Shown here one piece after another: positions 11,367 through 24,000 of a DNA stretch of 58,835 bases. Origin of the DNA: Girardia tigrina (Eukaryota); NCBI GenBank assembly GCA_001938485.1, contig MQRK01235089.1, forward strand, positions 1-58,835. Reading direction: 5' to 3'. Below the pieces are notes generated by a model, which saw only the letters and a list, made by a program, of their open reading frames with translations, was not told the DNA's origin and searched no databases. Every line of letters begins with the position of its first letter. The first letter of the stretch is position 1. The position numbers and the translations under genes were made by a program.

Positions 11367-12667
11367 CGTGGTTGAAGCATTAAGTCCCCGGACTAAGTAT
11401 ACAAGGGAAATCACAGGCATTTCATATATTCTACAAGTGATAACAAACATGTAAAGGTTTACTTCTCAATGTAAGAACCATTATTGGCCACGCACTTCTC
11501 CCAGCGTACCACTAATTTCGAAAACTCATCTTTGAAGAAGTTTGAGTCACATTCAGCAAAGAAATGCATAACTGCACCTCTCACTTCTTCATGGGATTTT
11601 AAGTTTTTGCCACGAATCGCCTTCTTCAGGTGCCAGAATAACCAAAAATCACTTGGCGCCAGGTCAGGACTGTATGTAGGCTGAGGGACAAGGTTGAAAC
11701 CTGCATCATCAATAGCCGCTGGGGAAAGGGCACTTTTGTGAATTGGTGCGTTGTATTGCAACAGCCACAGTGATGAGACTCTAAGCTTCGTATGCAGTGA
11801 TCTGGTCTCAGTATCAAGTGAGACATAGTAGGCGCTATTCAGTTTCACTGTTTTGTCTGCGAAATCCAGGTTTATGACACCATCACCGTCACAAAATACA
11901 GTCAGCATAAGACATCGCCGATGGTTTGTCCCGGACCTCATTTTCAGTGCTGGTTTTTCATTAGGAAGGCGCCATTCTGAAGATTATCTTTTGCTCTCGA
12001 TACATAGAGGCTTAGCGGTGTCTCATCAACAGTGACAATGTTGGATAGATATCGGTGTCCATGTTCTTGACACAAATTCTGGTTTCGTTGAGAACACTGC
12101 AAACGTGCCTCGCACATCTCTATCGACAGAAATCGTGGCACAAAGCGAGATGTCAGCTTCCTTATTCCAAGGGATTTCAACAACTCACGTGTTTTCCCTT
12201 CACTGATGTTCAAGCTAGCTCCAAGCGCCTTTACAGTGATTTTTCTCTCTGTTTTAATGATTTCCTCGCAACGTTTCTCTAATTTGTCTTGATCGATTTC
12301 CAGTGGTCGTCCTGGCCTCTCTTCATCAAAAAAATTTGTCCTTCTACGTTTAAACTGAGCAATCCAACTGTCCTTTTAGAGGGACAATTAATCATATAAT
12401 TATCCCTTAACTGTTTGATATTATCCTAGCTGTCTACCCTTCGTAGCACAAGAAATTTAATCACACTGCGATACTCAAACAGGATTCATTTTGAAAAATG
12501 ACGAAATGTGCGAAATTTTGTTTCAATGCCTGTAGAACACGTTAACATAATGATGCAATAAAACAAATTGCATTTTCATTACCTGTAGATATTATAGTTT
12601 AATCACAAAAAATCACTAAATTATATTTAATGCTTTCTATCCATTCCGGGAAATTGCGTCAACCAAA
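11367..12667 (-). mobile_element. Mariner (DD34D) element, full length but defective
   Basis: Imperfect TIRs (cgtggttgaagcattaagtccccgga / tccgggaaattgcgtcaacca) flanked by TA. Transposase motifs SRFVP, IVTVDET, YNAPIH, TYSPDLAPSDFWLF, RWEKCV...GSYIE. Contains stops and frameshifts. Confidence 0.93.
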
Positions 12668-13049
12668 TAAAAAATTGAAATTTCACTTACGGAATGAATA
12701 ATGACTTTAAAAAGTATTCGTCCTTTTCGATTAAACACAATTTCAAATGCTTTATAATTATCTTGTCAAAAATATATTTCCAAATTTTCATTTTAGTCTC
12801 GTTTTGTTCCTAATAAAATTAAAATTTGAAAAATCTTTGTCCTGTTTTTTTTATTTTTTTATTTCATTTGGAATTTAAAATGTTCGAATTTTGAGATATT
12901 CTTAGTCTTGGAATAATAATTTTCAATTATTTGTTTTTTGAGGCTTCAATATCGTTTGATTGTTTATGATCTCAAAAGAGAAAATTAGATAGTGGAGCGG
13001 AAACCGTACCTACACATTAAACTTAGAACTAGAAAACAGAGTTTTACTG

Positions 13050-14160
13050 ACGGGTTGTTGGACAATCGTTGTTGTACAACTACGTTCGGGCTACTCTTGT
13101 AGCAACTCATGCAGCAAGAGTGGACAGATCAATCACATTTGCTGAGATCCGCCCAGCATTGGTTGACCCAGACATGATGGAGAAGGATATAACTATTTAT
13201 ATATACTCTCACAGACTCATAAAAAGGAGAAATCTCTACGTTGGAAGCATCACTAATGAGTAAACCAATTAGGATCCCGGCCTGAGGAAGATGTATAAGA
13301 ATCATCCAAGGAAGGTGGTTCAATTTATTTTGAACAACACTATTGCAGACACCACACCGTCAACAGTGGCAATTTTGGAGCACTTTAGCTCCAAATCAAT
13401 CGCCCAACCGATCAGTGTCGAATCTGGGCCATTACCATAACTTGGCAGAAATTTGACATTGGGCCATGCAATAAACCCCGGTGTCGGTGCACAATCTTTT
13501 GGTGGGTGCTTTAGGAACTTTGTCGAAGAGGAGCACCGATATATTGACGAATCTAAAGATCCCACCAAAGGCGATACGACGAATAGAAATTGACTGCTCT
13601 GTATCAAATTTTAAATACTCGGCAGACAATGGACGAATCACCAGGATGGTTTGATCCTTAGTCCGACTCAGAGATTAAGAAAGATAGTGATAGAGGGCAT
13701 AGAACCTCAGGAATCGATGCTCATGACGGAGGAAAGGAATTATGAACATGCAGAGCCTAAGGACACCGGGGATTTTCATCCAACCACCCTGGATGCACTC
13801 CTACAAGCATACAACTTTAAGATTCGAGTGCAACAAGGGGTGAAAAAGATCAAGTCCAGGATAACGAATCACCTGACGACGAAGCACAAGTTTCCTTCTC
13901 ATATAGGAGGCGGGTGGGAGACCCATCATGGAAGGAAGAATTATCTTTCTATGATGAGTTGATAAGATGGTGAGTAGAAGTGTCGGGCTTGGTGGAAACG
14001 ATCACCCAATTGAAGGGTGCGGGGAAGGTCGCGAATAAAGAACCCCCGTGAAAGCCAGGGAACATGTTGAAGACGGCTTTGGCCCGAAACATGGTGCGAA
14101 TGAATTCATGTAACAACCGGGCGCTTTTGCTCACAGACAAAAAACTACTCGTTATTTATA
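13050..14160 (+). mobile_element. Degenerate RLE-type (R2/NeSL-like) non-LTR retrotransposon fragments
   Basis: GC-richer block. Translated pieces: MYKNHPRKVVQFIL (pre-RT region), VGALGTLSKRSTDILTNLKI (RLE tail), GDFHPTTL and IRVQQGVK (RT-like). Confidence 0.5.
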
Positions 14161-14699
14161 AGTAGATCTTTTTATGCTAATATTGTTCAGGAACTCCGAT
14201 GGGACCGCTTTGTGACAATTATGAGACCTTTAAAAGTTTTTTTTGATTAAATTTTTACATTATCATTTATTGCCATCGAAAATGAGTAAGTGTGGAAAGT
14301 TTGGAAAAAATTGATTGAGTAAAAGGCCTTCAAAAATAGGTTTCTAAATTTCATGGATATATATATATATATCTAATAAAAAGAATGTAAAAAAGAAATA
14401 TTGTTTTGAAAATTTTGTTTTGTTTATCTTTAGTGATAGAATCTGAAAATATTATTATAATCAATTTATATAATATAATTACACTGAAAGAGAAACATTT
14501 TATGACAGACAAAAAAGCTCTCGTAAACAGTCGCGACATTTAATAAAAATTGGCTAAACTGAGCTTTAGTTTATTAATTGTTTTAATGAATGCTTTTTCA
14601 TCCAGGAAATATAACGATACACATTAGCAGTTTCCAAGTCAACAAAATATGTGATATAAAAGGGAAATAAAGTGTCATATTTAATTGTTCTTTTAGCAG

Positions 14700-14762
14700 A
14701 TGAATCCAACAATTTTCAAGTTTGCAAATGGTCTTTTAGTGATACTGAATATAATGGGACTG
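14700..14762 (+). CDS. Tetraspanin exon 1 (MNPTIFKFANGLLVILNIMGL)
   Basis: cag|ATG ... CTG|gtaagc. 63 nt, first half of TM1. Confidence 0.8.
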
Positions 14763-15052
14763 GTAAGCTTCATTTTCGTTGCATTACATCTAGAATTGTA
14801 TATGTAATTAAGTTATATTAATGATTAACATAAATTAATTTTATTTATTTAATTAAGGTTTTGAAGACATTTATTTAATAAAAGTTTTCTTTTTATAAAA
14901 ATGTTTAAATAAAAATTTTTTTATACTTTCTATTGATAAAAAAATAATGAAAAAATAATATAAAAGACATTTTTGATTATATATGTATATATATATATAT
15001 ATNNNNNNNNNNNNNNNNNNNNNNNNNNNNNNNNNNNNNNNNNNNNNNNNNN

Positions 15053-15087
<35 letters not shown>

Positions 15088-18000
15088 TTATTATATAATA
15101 TATAATATTAGGTTGTGAAGTTGAAACTTTTTAGGCATAATTACAATAAATAAAAATGGGTATAATTTGACAATGACTTCACATTTTATTTCTCAGTTTT
15201 TTGTTTGATTGCTACAAAAAATTAATTGAAATTATTGAACACTTGTTTTAATAATTAATACTTTAAAAACTGGAAAAGGTAGAAATTTAAACTATTATGA
15301 TTCACGATATATGAAGTATGAGTTCCTAGATAGAACCTCAACATCAGAAACCACGCGACACATCAATAGTGTATTTGGATACCACACTACTACGCAATAG
15401 AAGTCTCAAATTATTTCAGGAAATTCGTGAAAGGTAATTTTAAAGTTAATAACGAGTATCGTGTTGCCCAGGCAACGAAGAACTGAAGATAACCCTGGCG
15501 ACGGATCCATCACAAAGGGCTCATGATGGTTCGTTTGTGCTTAATGTCACCCGTTCTTCTTTCGTAGCTATTGTTATTGTCTTACCTCTTTGTCACGCTT
15601 CACATCGTTCAATTACTTCTTTTATTCTTTCATTGCGTTTGGTCATGTCGTATTTGTCTGCGATATTTTTTTATTAATTTCTCTGCACCTGGGTGTGATA
15701 ATAGTGTATGTATTCGTTTCATCATTTTTTCTCTCTTTTTCTGCAATCAAAATGAAAGCATTTGTCGATTCAAGAGCCTTTTTAACAACGAATAGTGACG
15801 CAAAATTGACAAAAGTTTGACCCTTCATTGTACCTTCAGTGAAATAAGTGACTTGAAATGATATACTGCTGACTCGCTAGATCAATCGGCAAAGCCGGCA
15901 TACAAACTAATTAAAACGTCTTTTGAAGCTTTTTTTGCCTATTTTATCTTTGCGTGATTTAAATATCTCGTTTATCGATATATCTAGATTTTTGTTATCT
16001 GGTAAGGGGATGTGATTTGACTCGGATAAACTCCATTCGATCTGATCAACAATATTGATTACTTCTTTCACTTTACCGAATCCTTCTTCAATAATACAGT
16101 ATGATGCACTTCTCTTCGATTTATTACTAATTTCCTTTAAAGATGAGATGGGTCTGAATGCAATATAGGATTTGCAATATTTTTTTCTCACAAATATTTC
16201 ATCTATAGAAATGGTTTCCTTCGGTTTATTGATAAATTTGTAATGAGATGCTGGATTAATCAAAGAAATTTTTTCCTCATTGAGTCTATTTGAAAAACCA
16301 TATCATTTCCTTCTTTGCTCTGTGATTTAGAAAATTTCGATTTTTTTTCTTTTTTTGAGTTCTGGAACATTAACTGCGATTTCGTTTAATAATTTATTTC
16401 GTCGACTTATCTCTTGCTAAATGACTATTAGATTTTTGCTAAAATCTGCTTCTTCTGACTGTCTCATAGGTGGAATTTTATCAGTTTTTTCTACTTTACG
16501 TAGTAATATAATTTAATTTACGCTGAAATTCTTATTAATATTTTTATTGTCTGAAAGACAATATACTTCAAAATTTTCAATATCATGATCATCAGCATCT
16601 ATTCTTCCGGATAAATGATAAACCGTCCTAAACGTCGCAAAACACCATTTCTTATTTCAGCTCCATAAACTAAAAATACAAACTGCATTCCGATTATGAC
16701 TGTTTTGTGTGTCTTACCAGTTTAAAAGAATTACTCGAAAATGATTATGACTAAATAATATTATTAATAAAAAAAATTTTATAAAAACAACCACGTTTTT
16801 CAAGCATTACCAATGCACTAAAAAGAGGAAAATAATTTTTTTTTCTAGACATGTGCGAAATTTTATTCCTAACCAAAAACGTGGGGCGGATTTCTGAATT
16901 ACTGCTATTAGTAACTGCTATTTCCTCTTTACTACTTTTTAGTAACAATCGATCATTTCTATTCCACACGTTTTTGGTTAGGTATAAAATTTCGCACATG
17001 TCTAGAAAAAAAATTATTTTCCTCTTTTTAGTACATTGGTAATGCTTGAAAAACGAGGTTGTTTTTATAAAAAATTTTTTATTAATAATATTATTTAACT
17101 ATTTTTAGTTATCATTTAGGAATTCAAATCTTTCGATTGATTTCAAATAACAGAAATGATAATAAAACCAAAATAACAAAGTTTTATTTTAATAAAAGCA
17201 AGTTTTATTTCAAAATAATTTTTCAACCTAATTTAATACTTCTACACTTAATTATCACTTGATTTTCACAATATTTGTTCAATTTATTATTTTTTTCCGT
17301 ACATCCGTAAAGTATTTGTTATAAAATATTGTATTGTCATCGGAAGCAAGCCTGTATAAAAAAATTCAGCTTAATTGGATGACTGAAAGTGGTCGAAAAA
17401 TCAATCGCAAGATTTGTTCCAGAAAGACAAACAGACAGACAAGAAACCAAGCTAAGAAAAACGTGGTAACGTGGTAAAAAATAGATTCAATTTCTGTGAA
17501 TGAAGGAAAGACGTACGTAAAGGTTGTAAAATGGACGAAATTAATGATATGTAAGAATTGGAAAATTTTACAATTCTTGATATTCTGGATGAATGGGAAA
17601 CTCACCTCTGAGATCTTTCTAGGAATTTTCAACCATCCGTTAATTATAATCGACTCAAAGTTTGTATCTAGACATTGAAGTTGAATGATGATGATTATTA
17701 CAAATTTGAAATCAAAAATGGAAAAGAACTTAACCAAAGATTCGATGATTTCATCCAATCGAGATCAAAAAAGATGAGTTGGAGAATCTTGACGAGTTTA
17801 GTGAGTTTGAATGAGGAGTTAACCAACCAAATAATGGATACAGATATAATGCCCTCGAAAACATCTATTTTAAATAGCGTTTAGTAAATTTTAGCTAATC
17901 TCAGTTTTCAGAATAAAAATTTATAAACTCCTTTTATTTTTATAAGACTTGCTTCATTTTTACTTAATTCAGTAACAGCAGTTTCAACTAGCATGAGAAA

Positions 18001-21000
18001 AAAATTAAAAAGACTTTGGAATGTGTCAATATCATGTTCTGAAATTATATACGAATCCATGTTGACTACAGTCTTGTTTGCACATTCTGAAAGAACTGTT
18101 ATTCTGAAATAACAGTCGTCGAATTATTACAGATAACAAATTCCATTGAGTTTTTATATCTAATTTAAGCTTAAGTTTCTCCCTATTTTTTGCTGCAAAA
18201 TTGAATTATTTTTGGACGGTATCTTGAACTTTCTTATAACTCTTCTTAAATTGTTAATGATTTTTCCAAAGTCAATATTCAATGTCGTAATACTTTCATT
18301 TTCATCAATAAGCTCCAAATTGAAATCATAATAAGTTATTACTTAAAATTCATTTTGTTTTCTAACAGGAATTATTGATCATCTTCAAATTCACTCATCC
18401 ATTTCCAAATAATACTTCTGTAAGAATAATCAATAACTATATATTTATACCCTAAAATTAAAATCCATACACAATATTCATAACATTAATTTAATATCAA
18501 AAATAATTCTGATTTATAACTTTTGTGTGTTATATTATTTTTAGGTGATGAAATATTTTTTCTATGGGTCAGGTTTGTTAGATTTTTAATTTTTTTTAAC
18601 TTTATTGTTCTATGGATATTGTTGTCCACTATATGACTTGATTCATTGAAATAAGTGAAAACCTTGTTGTGAATAAAATGCAAAAAAAAATAATGGGTTA
18701 TGATTGTTTGGAAAGGTTCGTCTTGAACGAAGGTCACAGACTGGAACTAACATCGTGAAAGTTTAGAAGAATAAAAATACAATGCTTAATTTTTAATAAT
18801 GAAAAATAATTTTAAACAACAGCAAAATTTATTGGCAACGTTTTATGGGTCATTATTCTTAAAATGTAGAAACAAATATGAATTTTGTATTTATTGCTAT
18901 TATCAAATTTAGGGATTTCTTATTCTCTACATAACGATTGTTTTGGGGATTATGTACGGTAACAATTTGAACATGACACAGTCAATCATTCAAAATCAGT
19001 TTAAAAACCCAAGCTTCTTACAATCTCAAATCACGGACCTGGACAGTGTCATGACTTCCATGAAAAGTAAGGGTCAAGTATTATTATTTTTATTATTACT
19101 ATTAGAACTATGTTTCTGTATGAGTTAAAGAATAACAAGAAACTTCCATTTTTAAATAGAATGAAGTGGGATTTAATAATATTAAACTTAATATCAGAAG
19201 TTTATATAAATATTTAAATTGTCAAATGTAAAGTTCCCTTCAAATCGAGATTGGGGAAGTGTAGAAATATATTAATTAAAATAACTAAAAATATATTTTA
19301 ATCATTCAAAAATAATTTGTTTGTATATTCAAAAGAATGTTATTTAATAAAATCTTATTTGACTCTTACTTCTATAACTGTTACAACATGAAGTTTAACA
19401 TTTTAACATTAACTACATCCTCAGAACTTCTAGTTTTAATTGGTATTTTTAAAAAAAGTTTGAATCAACTTTTTTTAACACTCATAGAAAGAGACACCGA
19501 GAGCAAGAAATCCTTAAATTAATAATTTTTCTAAATATGAATAATTGCATCAAGACTTTTAAAAAAAAATTAAAAAAAATTAAAAAATTAAAAAATTAAA
19601 AAAATTAAAAAAATTTTAAAAAATTAAAAGTATTTGAATTTGCTGACTGTCTGCCCCTAAATTTCACTAAATATGCAAATCTTACTTTGTTCTGTCAAGA
19701 CCTGCTCTTGACGGAAATGATTGACCAATGTGTAAATTGTAGGATGACAAGCAATAGATGACTGAAACGCTTTTTGCAAACCCTCAACTGCATGATTAGT
19801 TTGAGGGAAACCTTAAGCAATAAGTTTTCACATAAACACCACTGACATAGGAAAAAGCACCTGGACACATCCATTGCGTCTCAATCTTTGCTAATACCTT
19901 AATTATACAGGGTTCAGACATTAATTTAATCCATTTAAATTTAAATTTATTACACTTTAAAATACATGTATTAAAATTATATTTTAAAAAGGTATAAATA
20001 TTACATTTATTAATTTCAAGATTACAATTCCAAGATTTAAAAATACAATCACAATTTCAAATAAAATGTAAAATATCCGATGAGGAAGGATGTTGTTATT
20101 AAAAACACAGAGAATGAAAAAATCCCGGCCAAATTGCTATGGAAAAATACATAAACTGAAAAACAATCTCATCATTTTTTTCTTAACACAAAATACTGGA
20201 AGATTCATAGCGTAAAGAGAAAGGACATCCATAATAAAAAGGTTGACTTCTAAAACTATGGACTTGAAGTGCGTTGAAATTGATAATGATGTATCAATTA
20301 CTCTAAAAGAAATATAAACAAATTTCAGAGAAATAAATGTATATGTATCAGTACAACCATAAATAAATACCTAGTGTATTGAACTCCCCTTTTGAAAAGT
20401 TCGATATGATTCCAGAAAGAAAAAATATTAAAAATGACTATCAGGAACGATGAGAATAATGTGTACAATGTCTGACTTTAATGAAGAAAACATTATTTTC
20501 CTAGATGACTTTGTCATTAGTTGTCCGACCAGGTAAAAATAAAGCCGGAGTAGACGTGGATCTTTTTCAAGGAAAAATATGATAGTCATAAGATCCCAAA
20601 ATTTTTCTATTTGGACAAAAATTTCCAAATCAAAAATTGTTCATTTTGAAGTAAAAGAGTTGTCTTATAACAGAAGATTTTCTCAGTTATTTGAATTGAT
20701 TATGTTTGATGTTGCTTGTTAGGGGTATGTCAAATTAAAAAGTTATTTTGGATAATTGTGTCATACAGAAAGTCGCATGTGGTTAAGAACTTGTTTTCTG
20801 GGTATGGACTTCTGTTATTTTTGCCCATTTATAGTCTGCAATTAAATCCCATTGAATAAGTTTTTTTCTAAATGGAAAAAGAATATTAAAAACCACAGTT
20901 GTAGCAACAGAAAAAATGATGCTCGCAATCAATCGCATTGCTGTTATGATAACAGAAGAAGATATTAAAATTATTTCAGTTTTATGACACAATTTGCTGT

Positions 21001-21022
21001 TACAAGTTTTTGAAAAGAAAAG

Positions 21023-21062
<40 letters not shown>

Positions 21063-24000
21063 NNNNNNNNNNNNNNNNNNNNNNNNNNNNNNNNNNNNNN
21101 NNNNNNNNNNNNNNNNNNNNNNNNNNNNNNNNNNNNNNNNNNNNNNNNNNNNNNNNNNNNNNNNNNNNNNNNNNNNNNNNNNNNNNNNNNNNNNNNNNNN
21201 NNNNNNNNNNNNNNNNNNNNNNNNNNNNNNNNNNNNNNNNNNNNNNNNNNNNNNNNNNNNNNNNNNNNNNNNNNNNNNNNNNNNNNNNNNNNNNNNNNNN
21301 NNNNNNNNNNNNNNNNNNNNNNNNNNNNNNNNNNNNNNNNNNNNNNNNNNNNNNNNNNNNNNNNNNNNNNNNNNNNNNNNNNNNNNNNNNNNNNNNNNNN
21401 NNNNNNNNNNNNNNNNNNNNNNNNNNNNNNNNNNNNNNNNNNNNNNNNNNNNNNNNNNNNNNNNNNNNNNNNNNNNNNNNNNNNNNNNNNNNNNNNNNNN
21501 NNNNNNNNNNNNNNNNNNNNNNNNNNNNNNNNNNNNNNNNNNNNNNNNNNNNNNNNNNNNNNNNNNNNNNNNNNNNNNNNNNNNNNNNNNNNNNNNNNNN
21601 NNNNNNNNNNNNNNNNNNNNNNNNNNNNNNNNNNNNNNNNNNNNNNNNNNNNNNNNNNNNNNNNNNNNNNNNNNNNNNNNNNNNNNNNNNNNNNNNNNNN
21701 NNNNNNNNNNNNNNNNNNNNNNNNNNNNNNNNNNNNNNNNNNNNNNNNNNNNNNNNNNNNNNNNNNNNNNNNNNNNNNNNNNNNNNNNNNNNNNNNNNNN
21801 NNNNNNNNNNNNNNNNNNNNNNNNNNNNNNNNNNNNNNNNNNNNNNNNNNNNNNNNNNNNNNNNNNNNNNNNNNNNNNNNNNNNNNNNNNNNNNNNNNNN
21901 NNNNNNNNNNNNNNNNNNNNNNNNNNNNNNNNNNNNNNNNNNNNNNNNNNNNNNNNNNNNNNNNNNNNNNNNNNNNNNNNNNNNNNNNNNNNTGTGATCA
22001 GTTTCTTTTTGGGATTCCGACAAATACTTTTTTACAAAACGTTCACCATACACATCATGTTTCGAAATATGCCATTCTAAACAATTGGCAGAAAAGCCTG
22101 CTGCATTAATACACCTACTATTTGATTCCACCTACTATTTTAATAGTAGGTGGAAAATTTTTTGAAAACTTCATTACACCTACTATTTCATGTCCACCTA
22201 CTATTTGATGTTATCCGTTATTTTTGAATTTAGGTAATTTTTAGTTTTTATTTTTTTTAAATTGATGGAGGTTTTGGAACATCATCAAGACTGCCGATCT
22301 GTCGATAGGTAACGGTAGGGGCTTATACTGCCTACCGAGACTATTTACAATATGAAAAATGTTTGAGGTAATTTTAAGGCTGTCGTTCTGTCAATGGATA
22401 ACGGCAGGTGCTAATAGTGCTTGTAAGAATATTGACGATTCAGTGTTGATAAAGAGTTATCATCAGAATCTAAGACCTGGGATTGTTTTACCAATGCTCT
22501 GTCTTCTTAACATTTTTTGTATGCTCTACTGTTTAATCAATTTACCCATCGTAATCATAAATTACAGAACGACTCAAATTCAATGAATAACAATCAAGTT
22601 AATAGACAGTTACAGTAATGTCAAAAGAATTGTACCTGGCTGACCAAAGAGTTAGCAGAGAAGACAGCTGAACATGACGAGTACAGGAGAAATTCAGTAC
22701 CTTTATCAGTTCTTAAAATAAATATTTTGTTGATAAATATTTACGAGCCCAACAATCATAACATCTTTACAGGACGAAATCACTGAAATCCGGATAAGAC
22801 AAAACATATCTAATTATCGTTAGAAGATTGTTGAGATAGTTTCTTAAATAGTTTCTTAAATAGTTTGTTGAATAGTTTCCTAAGAGGAGCCGGAAACAAT
22901 CTTGGAGATGGCTTCAAAAATCGGAGCAAAATCAGATAATGATTCGGAAAGGAAAACTTTCGTTCTTTCCCAAACATGATAGGAATATGCTATCATCTGT
23001 GACCCACCACATGAGTCGATCTAAAAAACGCCGAGAAAAAAGGAAGCGAAATGCTCAATTATTCCAACAAGCCGAGCTTGAAATGAAGAAAATTTATGAG
23101 CATGAGCACTCAATTCCTCATTTTGAAGAATAGAATATCATTCATCAAGACGATTCTGATTCAAAAGAGACCGTCGAACTTGAAATCAATTTGCAACTAA
23201 CGCTACCATTGATTTTAATCTCTGGCGAGGGATTTGTAGAGAAACAAAAATGGCTAGATTGCAAAAGGAAACTTCAAGCTCTGCAGGGATAATAGCACAG
23301 CCTCCGCTATCGATCCATCACCTCTGGACAAAGGGAGGAATTCATTAGTTTATCCGATCTGGACGATTAATGGCGATGGGTGGATTTTTTTAACATTTTA
23401 TTTTGGTTTTTTGTTATATTTTATTAAAACAATGTCTACATCTAATTTGTCCATGTTCTTATAGCTTTAATCTGTTATCAAAATGTTAAAATCATGATAA
23501 GAAATATAACAATCAAATAAAAAACATGTTGAGAAATAAATAGATTATTATTAATTAAATAGAAGTAGCCTGAGCTGACTTTCATATACTTAATATCTTT
23601 AAATATAATATTATGTAGAACCCAATAGGTACTTCATCAATTTCACTAGCGAAATCAAAGGACAAGATTGAGTTGCTTGGGTACGATATGGATCTCTGAT
23701 AAGTGTGAGTTAGAGACACTTTGCGGAGAGACATATCCAAATAATATGTTGGGTCAAATTACTTTCATATGGGAACACTTACAGTAAAATAAATTAATCT
23801 ATATAAATAAAATTAAAATAATAATATAAAATCCAACAATATTGTATTTTATTTTTTGTACTTTCAAAAATGTATACGTCTTTAAAATGTTACAACTAGT
23901 ATAATTTTAATTTATTTTTGATTTATTAAATACATTTAAATATATATAGTCAACCCTGTTCAATATGAACACTAATTTTCCAATTTTTTCAAATGTTTAT

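Noticed and set aside
14600-14699. Upstream tetraspanin exon and 49-nt intron
   Set aside because: Plausible as 5' UTR, but the donor (gtgata) is weak and it cannot be confirmed without transcripts.
16751-17042. Two similar short ORFs on opposite strands (MCEIL...)
   Set aside because: They are a by-product of the palindrome.
20971-22131. Long ORFs in the track spanning N runs (also 3607-4090 and 31536-32193 alternative frames)
   Set aside because: They are artefacts of gaps translated as X.
22800-23380. Short basic ORF and GC-richer patch
   Set aside because: No recognisable motif or boundary.
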